DNA from: a virus
Taxonomy: Duplodnaviria > Caudoviricetes
DNA: 64,000 nt
Reading direction: 5' to 3' (one strand)
Virus record (IMG/VR): IMGVR_UViG_2595698914_000001
Span: 64,001 to 128,000 of that record
Shown here piece after piece: positions 9,093-20,183 of this stretch. Each line of letters opens with the position of its first letter. The first letter of the stretch is position 1. The notes beneath the pieces are model-generated. The model was not told where the DNA came from and did not search any database. It was given only the letters and a program-made list of their open reading frames with translations. Made by a program: the position numbers and the translations under genes.

Positions 9093-12000
9093 TTAAACGA
9101 TTTTACGATCTAAAGATATTGGGGGTTTACCGTTAACTACGCGACGTTGAAAAGTTTTAGGCTTCTCGACAGTCTTCTCCGCAGCTACATATAAATCCTT
9201 AGTCTCTTTACGTTCTTGGTACTCAGTTTTATTATCTTCTGATGGACTCATCATTTTAACAATGTTGCCCATTTGTTGATTTAATACTTTAAGTTCCACT
9301 AACTGATCGTAGTTGATACCCACTAGCTGATTATTAAGCTGAGCAATCTCATCGCTTCTACCCACTAACATATCCTTAGTCTTATTCTTCGCTTCTTGAT
9401 TAATACCAACAACACGTTCTACGTCATTAGTAAAATCATTGGACTTAGATAGACTTGATGTATTAACTGCGGTAGTGGTAGGTTGTGATGGCATCCTAGA
9501 TTCACTACGTTTAGCTTCAACAACAGATTCAGTCATAGCAGGGGAAACCGAAGCTAACTGTGTGCTTGCTTTTGGTTTCGGTTTAGAAGTGTAATTACTC
9601 TCACCAGCCAAGCCTAAACGCTTACGGTAATCATTCGTAATCTTCACTACATACTCTTGAGTCTCCTTACTGTGTCGTCCAGTAACCTGAGGTAACGTAT
9701 TCAAAACTGCTTCTGGGTCTTTACTCCCAGCTTTACGAATGGCTTTATTTACATTACCACCACCAGCATTATACGCAGCTAAAGCTAACTCAGGTACACC
9801 ATCAAACCGTTTCAATTGACGTCGTATGTATTCAGTACCACCCATTATAGATTGCCTTGGATCTAAACGATTCTTAACACCTAATTCCTTAGCCGTTGCT
9901 GGCATTAGCTGCATTAATCCTGCTGCTCCTGCATGTGACTTTGCTCGCGGATTACCAGATGATTCTTGACGTATAACACTACGTATAAGGTTTTCATCTA
10001 TCCCAGTCTTAGCACTAGCCTCGTAGATATAATCGTTGTACCTTGCGATACGTTCCTCAGCACTATCTGTAATTTCATGTGGTGCCGGAGTTCCCGAAGC
10101 ACTACCCCCAGATAAACTTACCGGTTTGATTTCAACTCTATTAGTTAATTCATCTTTACCTCCTAATGTTTTAGAAATTACCGTCGCACCGCGCACCTTA
10201 TATTTCTTACGCATAGCTGCAATCTTAGCTTTTCTAGCCTTTAACCTATCCTTAATACTAACATAACCTTCATCTGAACTGTGTCCTGATGTTGAGGTGG
10301 TAGTTATGGTAGATTCGTTAGAATCCGTTTCTAATATACGTGACTGATACTTAGCTTTTCTAGCTTCAAACTTCTTACGTAACTTATCCGCATTAGCGTT
10401 TCTACGACTGCGTCTAGAACTAACTGGTTCTTTTATTTTACCATCAGATATATTTAAAACGTTAACAGTAGTATCACTATTACTGAAATCATTAACTAGA
10501 GACTTAAAGTCACTAATATCATCAGGGTCTATGTCGTTAAATGTACCGTCTGTAATTCCAACATTTTCCTTTAATGTTTTAATCAACGGTATTAACGATT
10601 TACTTATCCAATCATTAACAGTTTCACCATGATCGCCTATGATGACTGCGGTAGATATTAATTGTTTAAGTATACCAGCTAAATTAGACTCATTATTACC
10701 AACACCTCTAATGGCTCTATCTATAATAGGGTCCATTATAGCACGACTAGATAAATCACCTTTAACTAAATACTCAAGTATTAAGTCTTTGGCCGTAGAT
10801 ATGGTATTGGGTTTATTAGGAAACGGTATAATCTTAGCAGACTTGACATCAACAGATCTAGGTCTTCCGCCTACACGAGGATGAGTCTTACTTAAATCTT
10901 TCTTAGCCTTTAAGTTGTCCTCCGCCATTTTAACAATGGCTCCACTTGGAGACTTAGAGTTCTTAGTAGTATCCGTTTTACCTATCGGAGTCTTACCTTG
11001 AACTTTATCTGGGTCTAGTTTAAGAATGTTTTTATTTACAAAAGATTCTATATGTTTACGTTTGGCCTGTATAGGTGTTTTTGTGAAACAACTATTAGGC
11101 GTATCTAATGGGTCTCTACCTTGGTCTTTGTAATTCATAACTGCTTTACAAAAATCAGGATACTGTTCCTTCTTAAGACTTTCATCTAATGAAGATAAAG
11201 AATGTTCTCCATCTTTACTTTCATTTAAAGAAGCAACAACACTTATCCATTTAAATAGAACTGGTTTAAAGCGGTAATCAAACCACTTAACCCATTCGGC
11301 TCTTGCAGCCGAGTCACCATAAGAACTATCAAAGTCACCAGAGTACTCTTCCCAGAGTTCTTCAGTTGTACCTTTAATACCAACGATACCATCTTTGGGT
11401 TCCATTCTATCCATCATTTCATTTTCGAAATAACGCAATGCAACCTTTCTATCTTCGTAATCACCATCTTCACCAACATAATAACCATACTGCATCATAC
11501 GTAGGTATTCGATTTTCTTAATACTAGAACGTCTACTAAAGTAACCCCATAGTCCGCTACCAATTTCGTAAGCAGTCCATACAGCTAAACCTATACCGAT
11601 TATAGGGGCAATAACTGCTAATCCAGCAGCAGCAGCTCCAGCAGCGACAGCGGCACCCGCTAACTTCTTAGCACCAAACTTAGCGACTGCACCAACTACT
11701 TTCTTACCACCTACTTTAGTAAAGGCTTTACCAACTAGATTCTTAGTTCCATTAAGAACAGTACCGCCTCCAGATTTCATAGCACCTAGAGCACGTCCTA
11801 CAAGTTTACCTTTACCTCTCATTCTTCCGGCTTTAGATGGTTTATTCCTGTCTATATCAGGCATACCAGAGACAACATCGCCTAATAGTCTACCTAAACC
11901 TAAACCACGAGCAGCCTTACCTAAACCGCCAAGAATGTCCATATTGGCAATCTTACCTAGGATACCGACTATAGGACCAATCAACATCATTAAGGTTTTA

Positions 12001-15000
12001 ACAATCTTATTGGAACCTGCATCGACCTTACCGTCTTTATCTTTGGATTTACTAGAAGGTAATATTCCCTTAGCGCGATCTTTTAATTGTTCTCTCCAAC
12101 CACCATCTCGTAAACCATCACCATCTGAGTCTCCTCTAGGTGACTTCTTAATCTTACCCCAAGCGCTTAATGCTTTCTCTCTAGCTTTGTCTGCTTTAAG
12201 AGTAGCTGCTACCTCACCAGCAATATCAGATGTCTTACTATCCTTAACCTTATCTTTTATATCTGACATGGTAGATTGTAACTTATCTAATTTATCCTGA
12301 TTATCTTCCTTGTATTTATTAAGTTTATCTTTCATCTTAGATGTGGCTTCTGTAGCCTTATCTTTAATTTCAGAACCCTTAACTTGAGCTTTACCTTTTA
12401 AATCCTTTAAACTGTCGCTTACTTTAGACGAGGTAGTTAAGTAGTCAGGAGAACCTTCACCTTTATCAATTACCTTATTAGTGAATAGATTAACTACGTT
12501 TGCTTTGAAGATAACATTATCTGGAACATGAACCAATAAACTACTTATAAGTTTACCTTCGAACATCTTCATTAAAGACTTAGTTGTTTTACCAATAAGT
12601 TTAAATGGAGACATGGCAACCTTACCAAGTAACTTAGCACCAGATAGTAATTTATTACCCACTTCACCAGCTATAGTTTTAAGCTTTAATAACTTACCAG
12701 ACTTATCTCTAAGACCTTCTTTTATTTGCTCAATAGTGATTCTAGGTTCACCATCCTTATAACTATAAACGGTACTCGTTATATCTTTAAGACTAGTAAC
12801 AGTTACCCGTTTACCGTTTTCCATTACATATAAAAGACCAGACTCTAACTCTTCTTTAGTAACGAGTAGTTTACCGTCACCTGTAAATAAGCTTTGTGCT
12901 GAATTTAACTTATTAGTAAGATAGTTCTTACCGCGACTTAATAATCTACCACCAGTTTTAAATACACTCTTACCTAAACCGTAGATATTACCAGCTAGTT
13001 TAAGGGGTATAGCTAAACCTTTACCGATTAGACCACCAATCTTTTTAGCCATACCGGGGTTACGAGTTTCTAAGCCTTTATCAAACTCTTCTCTAGTGAT
13101 AGCTACATTAGCAGTTTCTTTATTAAAGACTTCACCTTTAATATCTGTAATAGATTTAATTGGTGTCTTAGCTAGCTTACCCTGAGTAGCGTACGGTGAC
13201 TTAGGTAGGTCTCTATTGAAGTAGATACCTCTAGCTATATCTTTACCGTATAGGACAGGTTCACTTCCACCGATAAGATAAACATCATCCGGTTTCTTAA
13301 ACTGATTACGGATTTCAGATGCTATACCACCAACTAACTTCATAGGCATCATAGCTAACTTCTTAGCTTTATCAAATGAACCTTTAACTAGACTACGAGC
13401 TTTACCAAAAGCCTTACTTGCTAATTTAAATGGACCACTAAGTATTTTACTGAATTTAACTCCCATATTACCAACGAACTTACCAAGGGAACTATTCCCC
13501 ATAGTTTCATTATGGTTGGCTTGTTGAGCCGCATACATTTCAGCAAGAACACCACGAACATCATTAAGAGTAGAATTGGCTATTTGTAACTCACTAAGTA
13601 CCGCCGCATCAGTATGTTCAGAAGACATTTCACCGTTAGCAGTAACCTTAGGTTTATTAATAGCTATAGCTTCATGGATAACATCTAATGAAGATTTAGA
13701 TAAAGTTACATTAACTCCTGTATCTTGAGCTAATATAGCATCGATACGACTTACTGCTTTATCTATACTCTCTAATCTTAAATTAATATCAGAAGTATCA
13801 ACGTTGAAATTATTACTAATATTATTAGCCAATTCAGAACGTTCATTCATTAGGTTGTTTCTAACAACAGATAAGTCTTCTACATCAACGTTAGTCTTAG
13901 TATTATCAAACTTACCTAATTTACGATTGTAAAGATTACCAAAGTTTAAACCTAAACGACCATCTTTATCTCTAGTACCGTAACCCAGTCCCTCAAGTAA
14001 TTCGTTATTACCTGTAGCATTGAGTAAGTTAAATATAGATTGGGTTTCTGGATTAGCATCTTTTAATCCTTTAAATCTACTAAGTACATTTAACCGATGT
14101 GTTGCTTCACCACCCGAATCACTAAAGTCACCTAATTTAAACTTAGTCTTACCTTCAGCGCCAACATTAAGAACTTTACCTAGAGCTTCTGCTAGTACTT
14201 CAGCATCACCTTCAGTTATACCTGGAATAGTAGAATACTGGTCTTTACGACCAAACTTATCTAAGTCAGTACCGATATCGTTATTAGCACTACGGATAAT
14301 GGCATTTTCTAAACCATCAATCTGTTCTTGAGTTAACTTATCTTTAATATCTTCATTACCAACGAATAAAGCAGCAATAACTTTATCTATGTTATCTCTA
14401 ACATCTTCGATACTGTTATCATCAATTAGACGTTTCTGTAAGTTAGCCATCGCTTCGGACTGAGTAACAAACTTCTCGCTGTATATATCGAAGGTTTCTT
14501 TTTCAGCTTTAGGACCAAAAGCCATCTGCTTAAGAACTAGATGTATTTTACTTAACCATTCAGGAATAATCTTAATCAATGTCTCTCTGGACATTCTATC
14601 CCACTGAGCTTCCATAGTAGCTTTTTCAGCTAAGCTCTGAGTTATTGATTCTCTATCAGCATCGATGGTAGGTCTTACTGAGTCAATAAATCTAAAGAAT
14701 AGTCCTCGTAAACCTTCAGCCTCAGTATTATCGGTAACTAAATTATCAAACAATTGAGCCTTATTCATATTGGCGTACTGTAAGAATTTATCAACCCTTT
14801 TAGCATCTGGGTTTGCTTTAAGATACTTCTCTAGTTGTTCGCTTGCAAAACCAACCACTTTCTTAGAGACTGCACCACCAGCGGCTGAACCAGCATTAGA
14901 TAGAGCCATCTCTTTTAGTGACTGTTGAGGACCACCCATCTCTTGCTGCATTTCATCCATGTCAGCAAAACCACTAGCAGCATCTCCTAAAGACGACATA

Positions 15001-15929
15001 CCGTCGGCGACCTGCTGGCCAACCTCTAATGCTCTAGTTTGAATGTTTTGTGCCATCTTGCTAAAATAGTCTTTACCAAAGTCTACTATATTAGCAGTAG
15101 TTCTACCTTGCCATTCGTCTAGGAATAACTGTTTAAAGTTTTCACTGTTTTGACGTTTGATTATTTCAGGTAAACCAGTATTCTTAGTAATGGCTTTTAA
15201 TTCACCAATACTAGCATTATAACCTTCAGTTGTAACCTTTAATAAATTCTTTAAGATGTGGTATTTCTTAAAGTCTAATTCTAGGGCACGTTCGTGAACT
15301 TTTAATAAGATACCATCATTAAAAGCATTAACTCTATTTAAAGAATTACTAATTGATGTAAGAGTTGTATGTGACAGACGGAAGCGTTCTTGTTCTGTCT
15401 TAGCATCCATCATCTTATCAGCCATATCTTGCTGACGGTCTCCCAGTTGACTCTCACGCCATGTACCAAATATACCAGCTAAACCTTGCTGCATTTCTAA
15501 TTGGTCAGGGTCGATGTCAGGAGAATTACTCTTAACTTTAGTTAGGTCATCGAACTTATTACCAAATCTATCACCTACCATACGTTTAACTAAAGGACTA
15601 AGTCTATTTAGATTACGTTTAAATTCAGGTAACTCTTTTCGAATAGGAGAGATTAGATTTCGTTTAGCTTTATCAACAGCATCTAAGCCGCTTTTAGCTG
15701 ACTCGTATGTAGTACTGTAACCTTTAGGTACAGCCTTTTTAATTTCTTGTTCGAGGTAATGTTTATCAGATACCTTAGTAACTGCGCCTTTAAAGAAATT
15801 TGTTTTTAGTTGAGTAACGGGGTCTCGATTACTAGGCTGTTCTTCAGCCTCCATATCGAGGTTATCAAATGACATGTCCATATCATCCAATTCATTATCA
15901 TCCAACTTAATATCTTCTTCATCGCTCAT
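9093..15929 (-). CDS. Giant tail protein (tape-measure-like) with C-terminal lytic transglycosylase (phiKZ gp181-like)
   Basis: 2278 aa; SLT motifs IRQESS, AAGLMQLMPATA, ALAAYNAG, ETQEYV; hydrophobic Ala/Gly segment; internal repeats; RBS GAGG. Confidence 0.9.
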   Translation of the reverse strand: MSDEEDIKLDDNELDDMDMSFDNLDMEAEEQPSNRDPVTQLKTNFFKGAVTKVSDKHYLEQEIKKAVPKGYSTTYESAKSGLDAVDKAKRNLISPIRKELPEFKRNLNRLSPLVKRMVGDRFGNKFDDLTKVKSNSPDIDPDQLEMQQGLAGIFGTWRESQLGDRQQDMADKMMDAKTEQERFRLSHTTLTSISNSLNRVNAFNDGILLKVHERALELDFKKYHILKNLLKVTTEGYNASIGELKAITKNTGLPEIIKRQNSENFKQLFLDEWQGRTTANIVDFGKDYFSKMAQNIQTRALEVGQQVADGMSSLGDAASGFADMDEMQQEMGGPQQSLKEMALSNAGSAAGGAVSKKVVGFASEQLEKYLKANPDAKRVDKFLQYANMNKAQLFDNLVTDNTEAEGLRGLFFRFIDSVRPTIDADRESITQSLAEKATMEAQWDRMSRETLIKIIPEWLSKIHLVLKQMAFGPKAEKETFDIYSEKFVTQSEAMANLQKRLIDDNSIEDVRDNIDKVIAALFVGNEDIKDKLTQEQIDGLENAIIRSANNDIGTDLDKFGRKDQYSTIPGITEGDAEVLAEALGKVLNVGAEGKTKFKLGDFSDSGGEATHRLNVLSRFKGLKDANPETQSIFNLLNATGNNELLEGLGYGTRDKDGRLGLNFGNLYNRKLGKFDNTKTNVDVEDLSVVRNNLMNERSELANNISNNFNVDTSDINLRLESIDKAVSRIDAILAQDTGVNVTLSKSSLDVIHEAIAINKPKVTANGEMSSEHTDAAVLSELQIANSTLNDVRGVLAEMYAAQQANHNETMGNSSLGKFVGNMGVKFSKILSGPFKLASKAFGKARSLVKGSFDKAKKLAMMPMKLVGGIASEIRNQFKKPDDVYLIGGSEPVLYGKDIARGIYFNRDLPKSPYATQGKLAKTPIKSITDIKGEVFNKETANVAITREEFDKGLETRNPGMAKKIGGLIGKGLAIPLKLAGNIYGLGKSVFKTGGRLLSRGKNYLTNKLNSAQSLFTGDGKLLVTKEELESGLLYVMENGKRVTVTSLKDITSTVYSYKDGEPRITIEQIKEGLRDKSGKLLKLKTIAGEVGNKLLSGAKLLGKVAMSPFKLIGKTTKSLMKMFEGKLISSLLVHVPDNVIFKANVVNLFTNKVIDKGEGSPDYLTTSSKVSDSLKDLKGKAQVKGSEIKDKATEATSKMKDKLNKYKEDNQDKLDKLQSTMSDIKDKVKDSKTSDIAGEVAATLKADKAREKALSAWGKIKKSPRGDSDGDGLRDGGWREQLKDRAKGILPSSKSKDKDGKVDAGSNKIVKTLMMLIGPIVGILGKIANMDILGGLGKAARGLGLGRLLGDVVSGMPDIDRNKPSKAGRMRGKGKLVGRALGAMKSGGGTVLNGTKNLVGKAFTKVGGKKVVGAVAKFGAKKLAGAAVAAGAAAAGLAVIAPIIGIGLAVWTAYEIGSGLWGYFSRRSSIKKIEYLRMMQYGYYVGEDGDYEDRKVALRYFENEMMDRMEPKDGIVGIKGTTEELWEEYSGDFDSSYGDSAARAEWVKWFDYRFKPVLFKWISVVASLNESKDGEHSLSSLDESLKKEQYPDFCKAVMNYKDQGRDPLDTPNSCFTKTPIQAKRKHIESFVNKNILKLDPDKVQGKTPIGKTDTTKNSKSPSGAIVKMAEDNLKAKKDLSKTHPRVGGRPRSVDVKSAKIIPFPNKPNTISTAKDLILEYLVKGDLSSRAIMDPIIDRAIRGVGNNESNLAGILKQLISTAVIIGDHGETVNDWISKSLIPLIKTLKENVGITDGTFNDIDPDDISDFKSLVNDFSNSDTTVNVLNISDGKIKEPVSSRRSRRNANADKLRKKFEARKAKYQSRILETDSNESTITTTSTSGHSSDEGYVSIKDRLKARKAKIAAMRKKYKVRGATVISKTLGGKDELTNRVEIKPVSLSGGSASGTPAPHEITDSAEERIARYNDYIYEASAKTGIDENLIRSVIRQESSGNPRAKSHAGAAGLMQLMPATAKELGVKNRLDPRQSIMGGTEYIRRQLKRFDGVPELALAAYNAGGGNVNKAIRKAGSKDPEAVLNTLPQVTGRHSKETQEYVVKITNDYRKRLGLAGESNYTSKPKPKASTQLASVSPAMTESVVEAKRSESRMPSQPTTTAVNTSSLSKSNDFTNDVERVVGINQEAKNKTKDMLVGRSDEIAQLNNQLVGINYDQLVELKVLNQQMGNIVKMMSPSEDNKTEYQERKETKDLYVAAEKTVEKPKTFQRRVVNGKPPISLDRKIV

Positions 15930-16038
15930 GGAGATACCTCAATGTATAAGGGTTGTTTTATTTATAGATCATATAAGTTCCAGTTGCTACAAATAGCTCA
16001 ATTTGTATGTATTCATTTAAAATAAAAAGGTTTCCTTT

Positions 16039-19000
16039 ATGATTAACGTTACGAGTTTTAAGCAACGTTATCTAGTTAGAAAAAATACAGGTGTTCCAAG
16101 TCGAATATCCACACTAGCTAGTGATGTGCCTAAGAGTCCAATATATCATTACTTAGGTAAGAATGATACGTTAGGACCAGAACCAACAGACTTAGTAGTT
16201 AACGCTATTAGTGAAGCGGGGAATGACCCTGCTATTTACGTCGGTCATATTACAGATTTAAGTATTGATAACGAACGAGATAAAGGTTTCTTTGGTAGTA
16301 AGTTAAAGAACCAACGTGAGTTAGTTCAAGATTACCATAAGCGTTACCGTCAGTTTACTCGCGTTTATGATTTAGATAATGTAGTGGATAAAAAGTACCC
16401 ATTAATTATCAACTACCAAATGTTACCTAAGATTTATCCTATTAAGACTAAACATGCTGATACCTATCGTTGGGTAGAAAACATCTTAATGGATTCTATC
16501 TGGTCAACGGCTGCAAGTCTAGATACTGACCGTATTCAATTTATTAGTATTAATGCCCCTCGTAAACTACAACCACTTTCTTACTATAAAGACATAATTA
16601 GAAACGAACGGTTAACAGATTTACGTAAGATTAAGAATCGTGAAGACTTAGTTCTTATAGACTTATTTAAATTCTATCTTAATCCAGATAATGATACTAT
16701 TATAGGTAAATACCTTCCTAAAATTAAGAACTTAATAGTTGCTGTTCGTGATGATATAAATGTATTTTATATCTCAGGTGAGAACTTATTAGAGTGGGCA
16801 CAATCTGAAGATTCTGAAAGTAAGAAGTTAGATTGGATACATGGTCTATTCGAATACTTACTAACTCTAAGACCATCATTGGAAGAAACTGATGATGAAG
16901 TCGAAACTTATCAAGAACGTATTGAAAGTATTAAATCTGAATTAAATACGGATGAAGATACTCAAGTAGATGATATTGAGACCGCTATACTTACAGAGGC
17001 GGATGAACTACTTAAGACCAATGCAATTACTGAGGGTGAGTATAAAGGTGCTTTAAAGTTAGCTACACGTACTAGAAACCTAGCCAATCCTATCGGTGAT
17101 GGTAAGTTGGGTGATGTAATTGATAATATGCCTGATACCGACGAGATACCTAAATCAACTATACCAGATATTGAAGTTATAGAAGATAAGAGTGTATTAG
17201 ATAATAAAGTTAAGATGTTAGATTCTGAGTATGCAGATAAATACCTTAACCCACATATTATCCGTACAGTTCTAGGTATGCAAAATGAAGGTATCATCAT
17301 AACTAATATCCGTCGTGAATTGGTTGAAGATGCTTCTGGTAAGACTCAGATTTTCAGTATCCAAACTAAACCAGTTAAAGGCGATATAGGTACTTTTAAA
17401 ATAGAAGTGCCTGTAGTTAATGACGAAGGTGTGTTTAAAATGGGCGGTGTTGATTATCGTATGAATAAACAACGCGGTGATATGCCTATTGTTAAGATAG
17501 AACCTGATGAAGTAGCATTAACTGCTGCTATGTCTAAGATGTTTGTTACACGTGGTAAACGTAAAGCTAACTCTTATCCTGAATGGTTATATGTTAATTT
17601 ATTAAACCTCAAAGAACTTAATTATATTAAAGACGTTAAAGTAAGTAATGTATCGGTTCTTATCGATGTAGATAAGTTACCTGATATATATTCTATTTTA
17701 GCTAAACGCTTTAAGACATTTAAGTTTAACGATTACGAATTCTACTTCGATTACAAAACTCGTTCAGAACTATATAAGGGAGACCTTAAGAAGTTAGAGG
17801 GTGAAGCTGTATTAGTAGGTAAGGTTGGTAAGTCATTAATATTAGTTGACGATACTAATAACTTTACTAAAGTTACAGATGGTAAAGAAGTAGCCCTGGG
17901 GACATTTGAAGATATACTTGGTTTAGATAAAACTAAAATACCAGTTGAATTTTCAGAAGTTAAGATTAAAGGTAAGATTGTACCAGTCGGTGTACTACTT
18001 GCTTACTGGATGGGTATTGAGAAGTTCTTCCGTTACATTGGAGTTAAGGTAGAAGAGTACCAACCTAATGAACGTATAAGTACTAGAACGGGTATTATTA
18101 TTCGTTTTAAAGAAGTTAAACTAAATGTAATCTGTGATAGTAAATTACAGGAACTTTTAGTTGGTGGCTTTACTTACTTTAAGTCTTCAACACGTGAAGT
18201 TAACTATGAAGAACTAAATCAACCTAAATCTTTCCATCACATTTTTAGTAGTCGAGGTATAAGTGTTTCGCAATATACGTTCTACACTCGTATCCAACGT
18301 ATGTGGATTGACCCAATCACAAAAGACCTACTTAAAGGGATGCGTGAACCTACTAATATACGTGACTTGTTTATCCGTAGTACTGAGTTACTTACTAATC
18401 AGCAACACGTAGATACTACAGATGGTGCATACAAGATTAATAAGGGTTATAACCGCTTTAATGATATTATATATAAAGAAATTATTGCTGGTATAAATGA
18501 GTTCTCTCGCGGTAGTAAAACTGCTAAGCGAACTTTCAGTATTAATCCTAAAGCTGTACGTATGGCTATAGCTATGGACTCAGGTATAGCTCCTGTAGCA
18601 GAAGCTAATCCAATGCAGGTATCGGGTGAGCAGGAACGTATTACCTTTGGTGGTGCTGGTGGACGTAGTAATCAGTCTATGACTGGTAAACACCGTAAGT
18701 TCCATAAGAACGATAGAGGTGTAATTAGTGAAGGTTTTACTGATAATGGTAAAGCTGGTACTATTTTATATTATACTGCTAATCCTGAGATAGAGAATAT
18801 CTACGGAGTTCAGGGTAAATCCGATAAAAAGGAATTAGGTAACTTACTTAGTCTATCAACTAACGTTAACCCATTCAGTGTCAAGGACGATCCAAAGAGA
18901 AGTAACTTTGGTCGTATTCAATATGATGCTTGGGCTAATGCTGTAGGTCAGATGGTTATGCCTTGTAGAACTGGAGTTGAGTTAACGGTTGCACATAAAG

Positions 19001-20004
19001 TGAATCGTAAGTTTGCATTAGTTAGCAAGGAGTCTGGTTCAATAGTTAAAGTTGATGATATCGGTATGGAAGTATTATACGCTTCTGGTAAAGTCGATAA
19101 AGTTCAACTAGGTAGAATATTCGGTTCTAATGCGGGTAAGACTATACCTCATGAGATGGTTACAGACAGAAAAGTAGGTTATAAATTTAAAGTAGGTGAA
19201 GTACTTGCTTGGAATAAATACTTCTTTGAACGTGACTGGATTGAAACTACTCAGGTAGCTATGTTTGCTGGTGTACCATCATTCATTGCACTTAGAGAGA
19301 CTCAAGGTACATATGAAGATGCTTCAACTCAAAGTGAGTCGTTCTCTAAGAAGTTAGTTAGTAGAGTATCACACATTCGAGATATCTTAGTAGAGTACGA
19401 TAACAATATTAAGATGAATGTTAAAGTCGGAGATGAAGTAGAAGATGATACAAGTTTAGCTAATATCTTACCTGCTGGTGTAGACTTCACAGATGATACG
19501 TCTAGTTTAGATTATCAATCTACTACAAGTCCTAAATCTAAGTACAGGGGTTTAGTGGAACGTATAGAAGTATTATACTGCGGTGATGTAACTGATGCTA
19601 GTTCAACTGTTAAATCAATTATTAATAAAGGCGATAAAGAACGTAAACGTATTGCAGAGTATAGTGGTGAATTCCCTAGGGGTGAAGTTAAAGACCCAAC
19701 TTACTTCGGACAGAACTTCTTAGGAAGAAATAGCTGTCTAGTGCGCGTTTATATAACTGGTAATAATGAGTTCCAAGCTGGGGATAAGATGGGCTATATG
19801 CACGCTCTTAAAACTGTAAGCGGGAAAATATATAGTACCAAGTACCAAACAATTAATGGTTTACCTATAGATGGTGACTTTAGCTATAAAGGGATACTTT
19901 CTCGTATAGTTGAATCTCCTGTATATGAGGGAATTGCTAACATGTTTGTTCGTCAAGTCGGTCTTAATGCCTGTAAAGTTTACGATGGAGAATCAAAAGT
20001 ATGA
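16039..20004 (+). CDS. Virion RNA polymerase beta subunit, large part (phiKZ gp178-like)
   Basis: 1321 aa; RITFGGAGGRS, RKFH, GVISEGFTDNGKAG, DDPKRSNF, TYEDA, GDKMGY...KTV beta-like motifs. Confidence 0.9.
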   Translation: MINVTSFKQRYLVRKNTGVPSRISTLASDVPKSPIYHYLGKNDTLGPEPTDLVVNAISEAGNDPAIYVGHITDLSIDNERDKGFFGSKLKNQRELVQDYHKRYRQFTRVYDLDNVVDKKYPLIINYQMLPKIYPIKTKHADTYRWVENILMDSIWSTAASLDTDRIQFISINAPRKLQPLSYYKDIIRNERLTDLRKIKNREDLVLIDLFKFYLNPDNDTIIGKYLPKIKNLIVAVRDDINVFYISGENLLEWAQSEDSESKKLDWIHGLFEYLLTLRPSLEETDDEVETYQERIESIKSELNTDEDTQVDDIETAILTEADELLKTNAITEGEYKGALKLATRTRNLANPIGDGKLGDVIDNMPDTDEIPKSTIPDIEVIEDKSVLDNKVKMLDSEYADKYLNPHIIRTVLGMQNEGIIITNIRRELVEDASGKTQIFSIQTKPVKGDIGTFKIEVPVVNDEGVFKMGGVDYRMNKQRGDMPIVKIEPDEVALTAAMSKMFVTRGKRKANSYPEWLYVNLLNLKELNYIKDVKVSNVSVLIDVDKLPDIYSILAKRFKTFKFNDYEFYFDYKTRSELYKGDLKKLEGEAVLVGKVGKSLILVDDTNNFTKVTDGKEVALGTFEDILGLDKTKIPVEFSEVKIKGKIVPVGVLLAYWMGIEKFFRYIGVKVEEYQPNERISTRTGIIIRFKEVKLNVICDSKLQELLVGGFTYFKSSTREVNYEELNQPKSFHHIFSSRGISVSQYTFYTRIQRMWIDPITKDLLKGMREPTNIRDLFIRSTELLTNQQHVDTTDGAYKINKGYNRFNDIIYKEIIAGINEFSRGSKTAKRTFSINPKAVRMAIAMDSGIAPVAEANPMQVSGEQERITFGGAGGRSNQSMTGKHRKFHKNDRGVISEGFTDNGKAGTILYYTANPEIENIYGVQGKSDKKELGNLLSLSTNVNPFSVKDDPKRSNFGRIQYDAWANAVGQMVMPCRTGVELTVAHKVNRKFALVSKESGSIVKVDDIGMEVLYASGKVDKVQLGRIFGSNAGKTIPHEMVTDRKVGYKFKVGEVLAWNKYFFERDWIETTQVAMFAGVPSFIALRETQGTYEDASTQSESFSKKLVSRVSHIRDILVEYDNNIKMNVKVGDEVEDDTSLANILPAGVDFTDDTSSLDYQSTTSPKSKYRGLVERIEVLYCGDVTDASSTVKSIINKGDKERKRIAEYSGEFPRGEVKDPTYFGQNFLGRNSCLVRVYITGNNEFQAGDKMGYMHALKTVSGKIYSTKYQTINGLPIDGDFSYKGILSRIVESPVYEGIANMFVRQVGLNACKVYDGESKV

Positions 20005-20183
20005 AATTAAGTGAACAACAACGACTAATAGCTTTGGCTAATTTGGTTGAATTAGGTAAGCGTGTTCTTACCAATGTAGTAGGGGATGATTTATCTACTA
20101 GTATAGATGGTCAAAGCGTAGAAGATAATGCGGAAGTATTAATCACTACTAAGTTACGTGAAAAAGTTATCTTAAAGGGGTAA
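20001..20183 (+). CDS. Small hypothetical protein
   Basis: 60 aa, ATGA overlap with the RNAP stop, GGAG RBS. Confidence 0.7.
   Translation: MKLSEQQRLIALANLVELGKRVLTNVVGDDLSTSIDGQSVEDNAEVLITTKLREKVILKG

Noticed and set aside
10036-15720. Several 68-121 aa + strand ORFs
   Set aside because: Antisense shadows inside the gp181-like gene; no RBS or promoter support.
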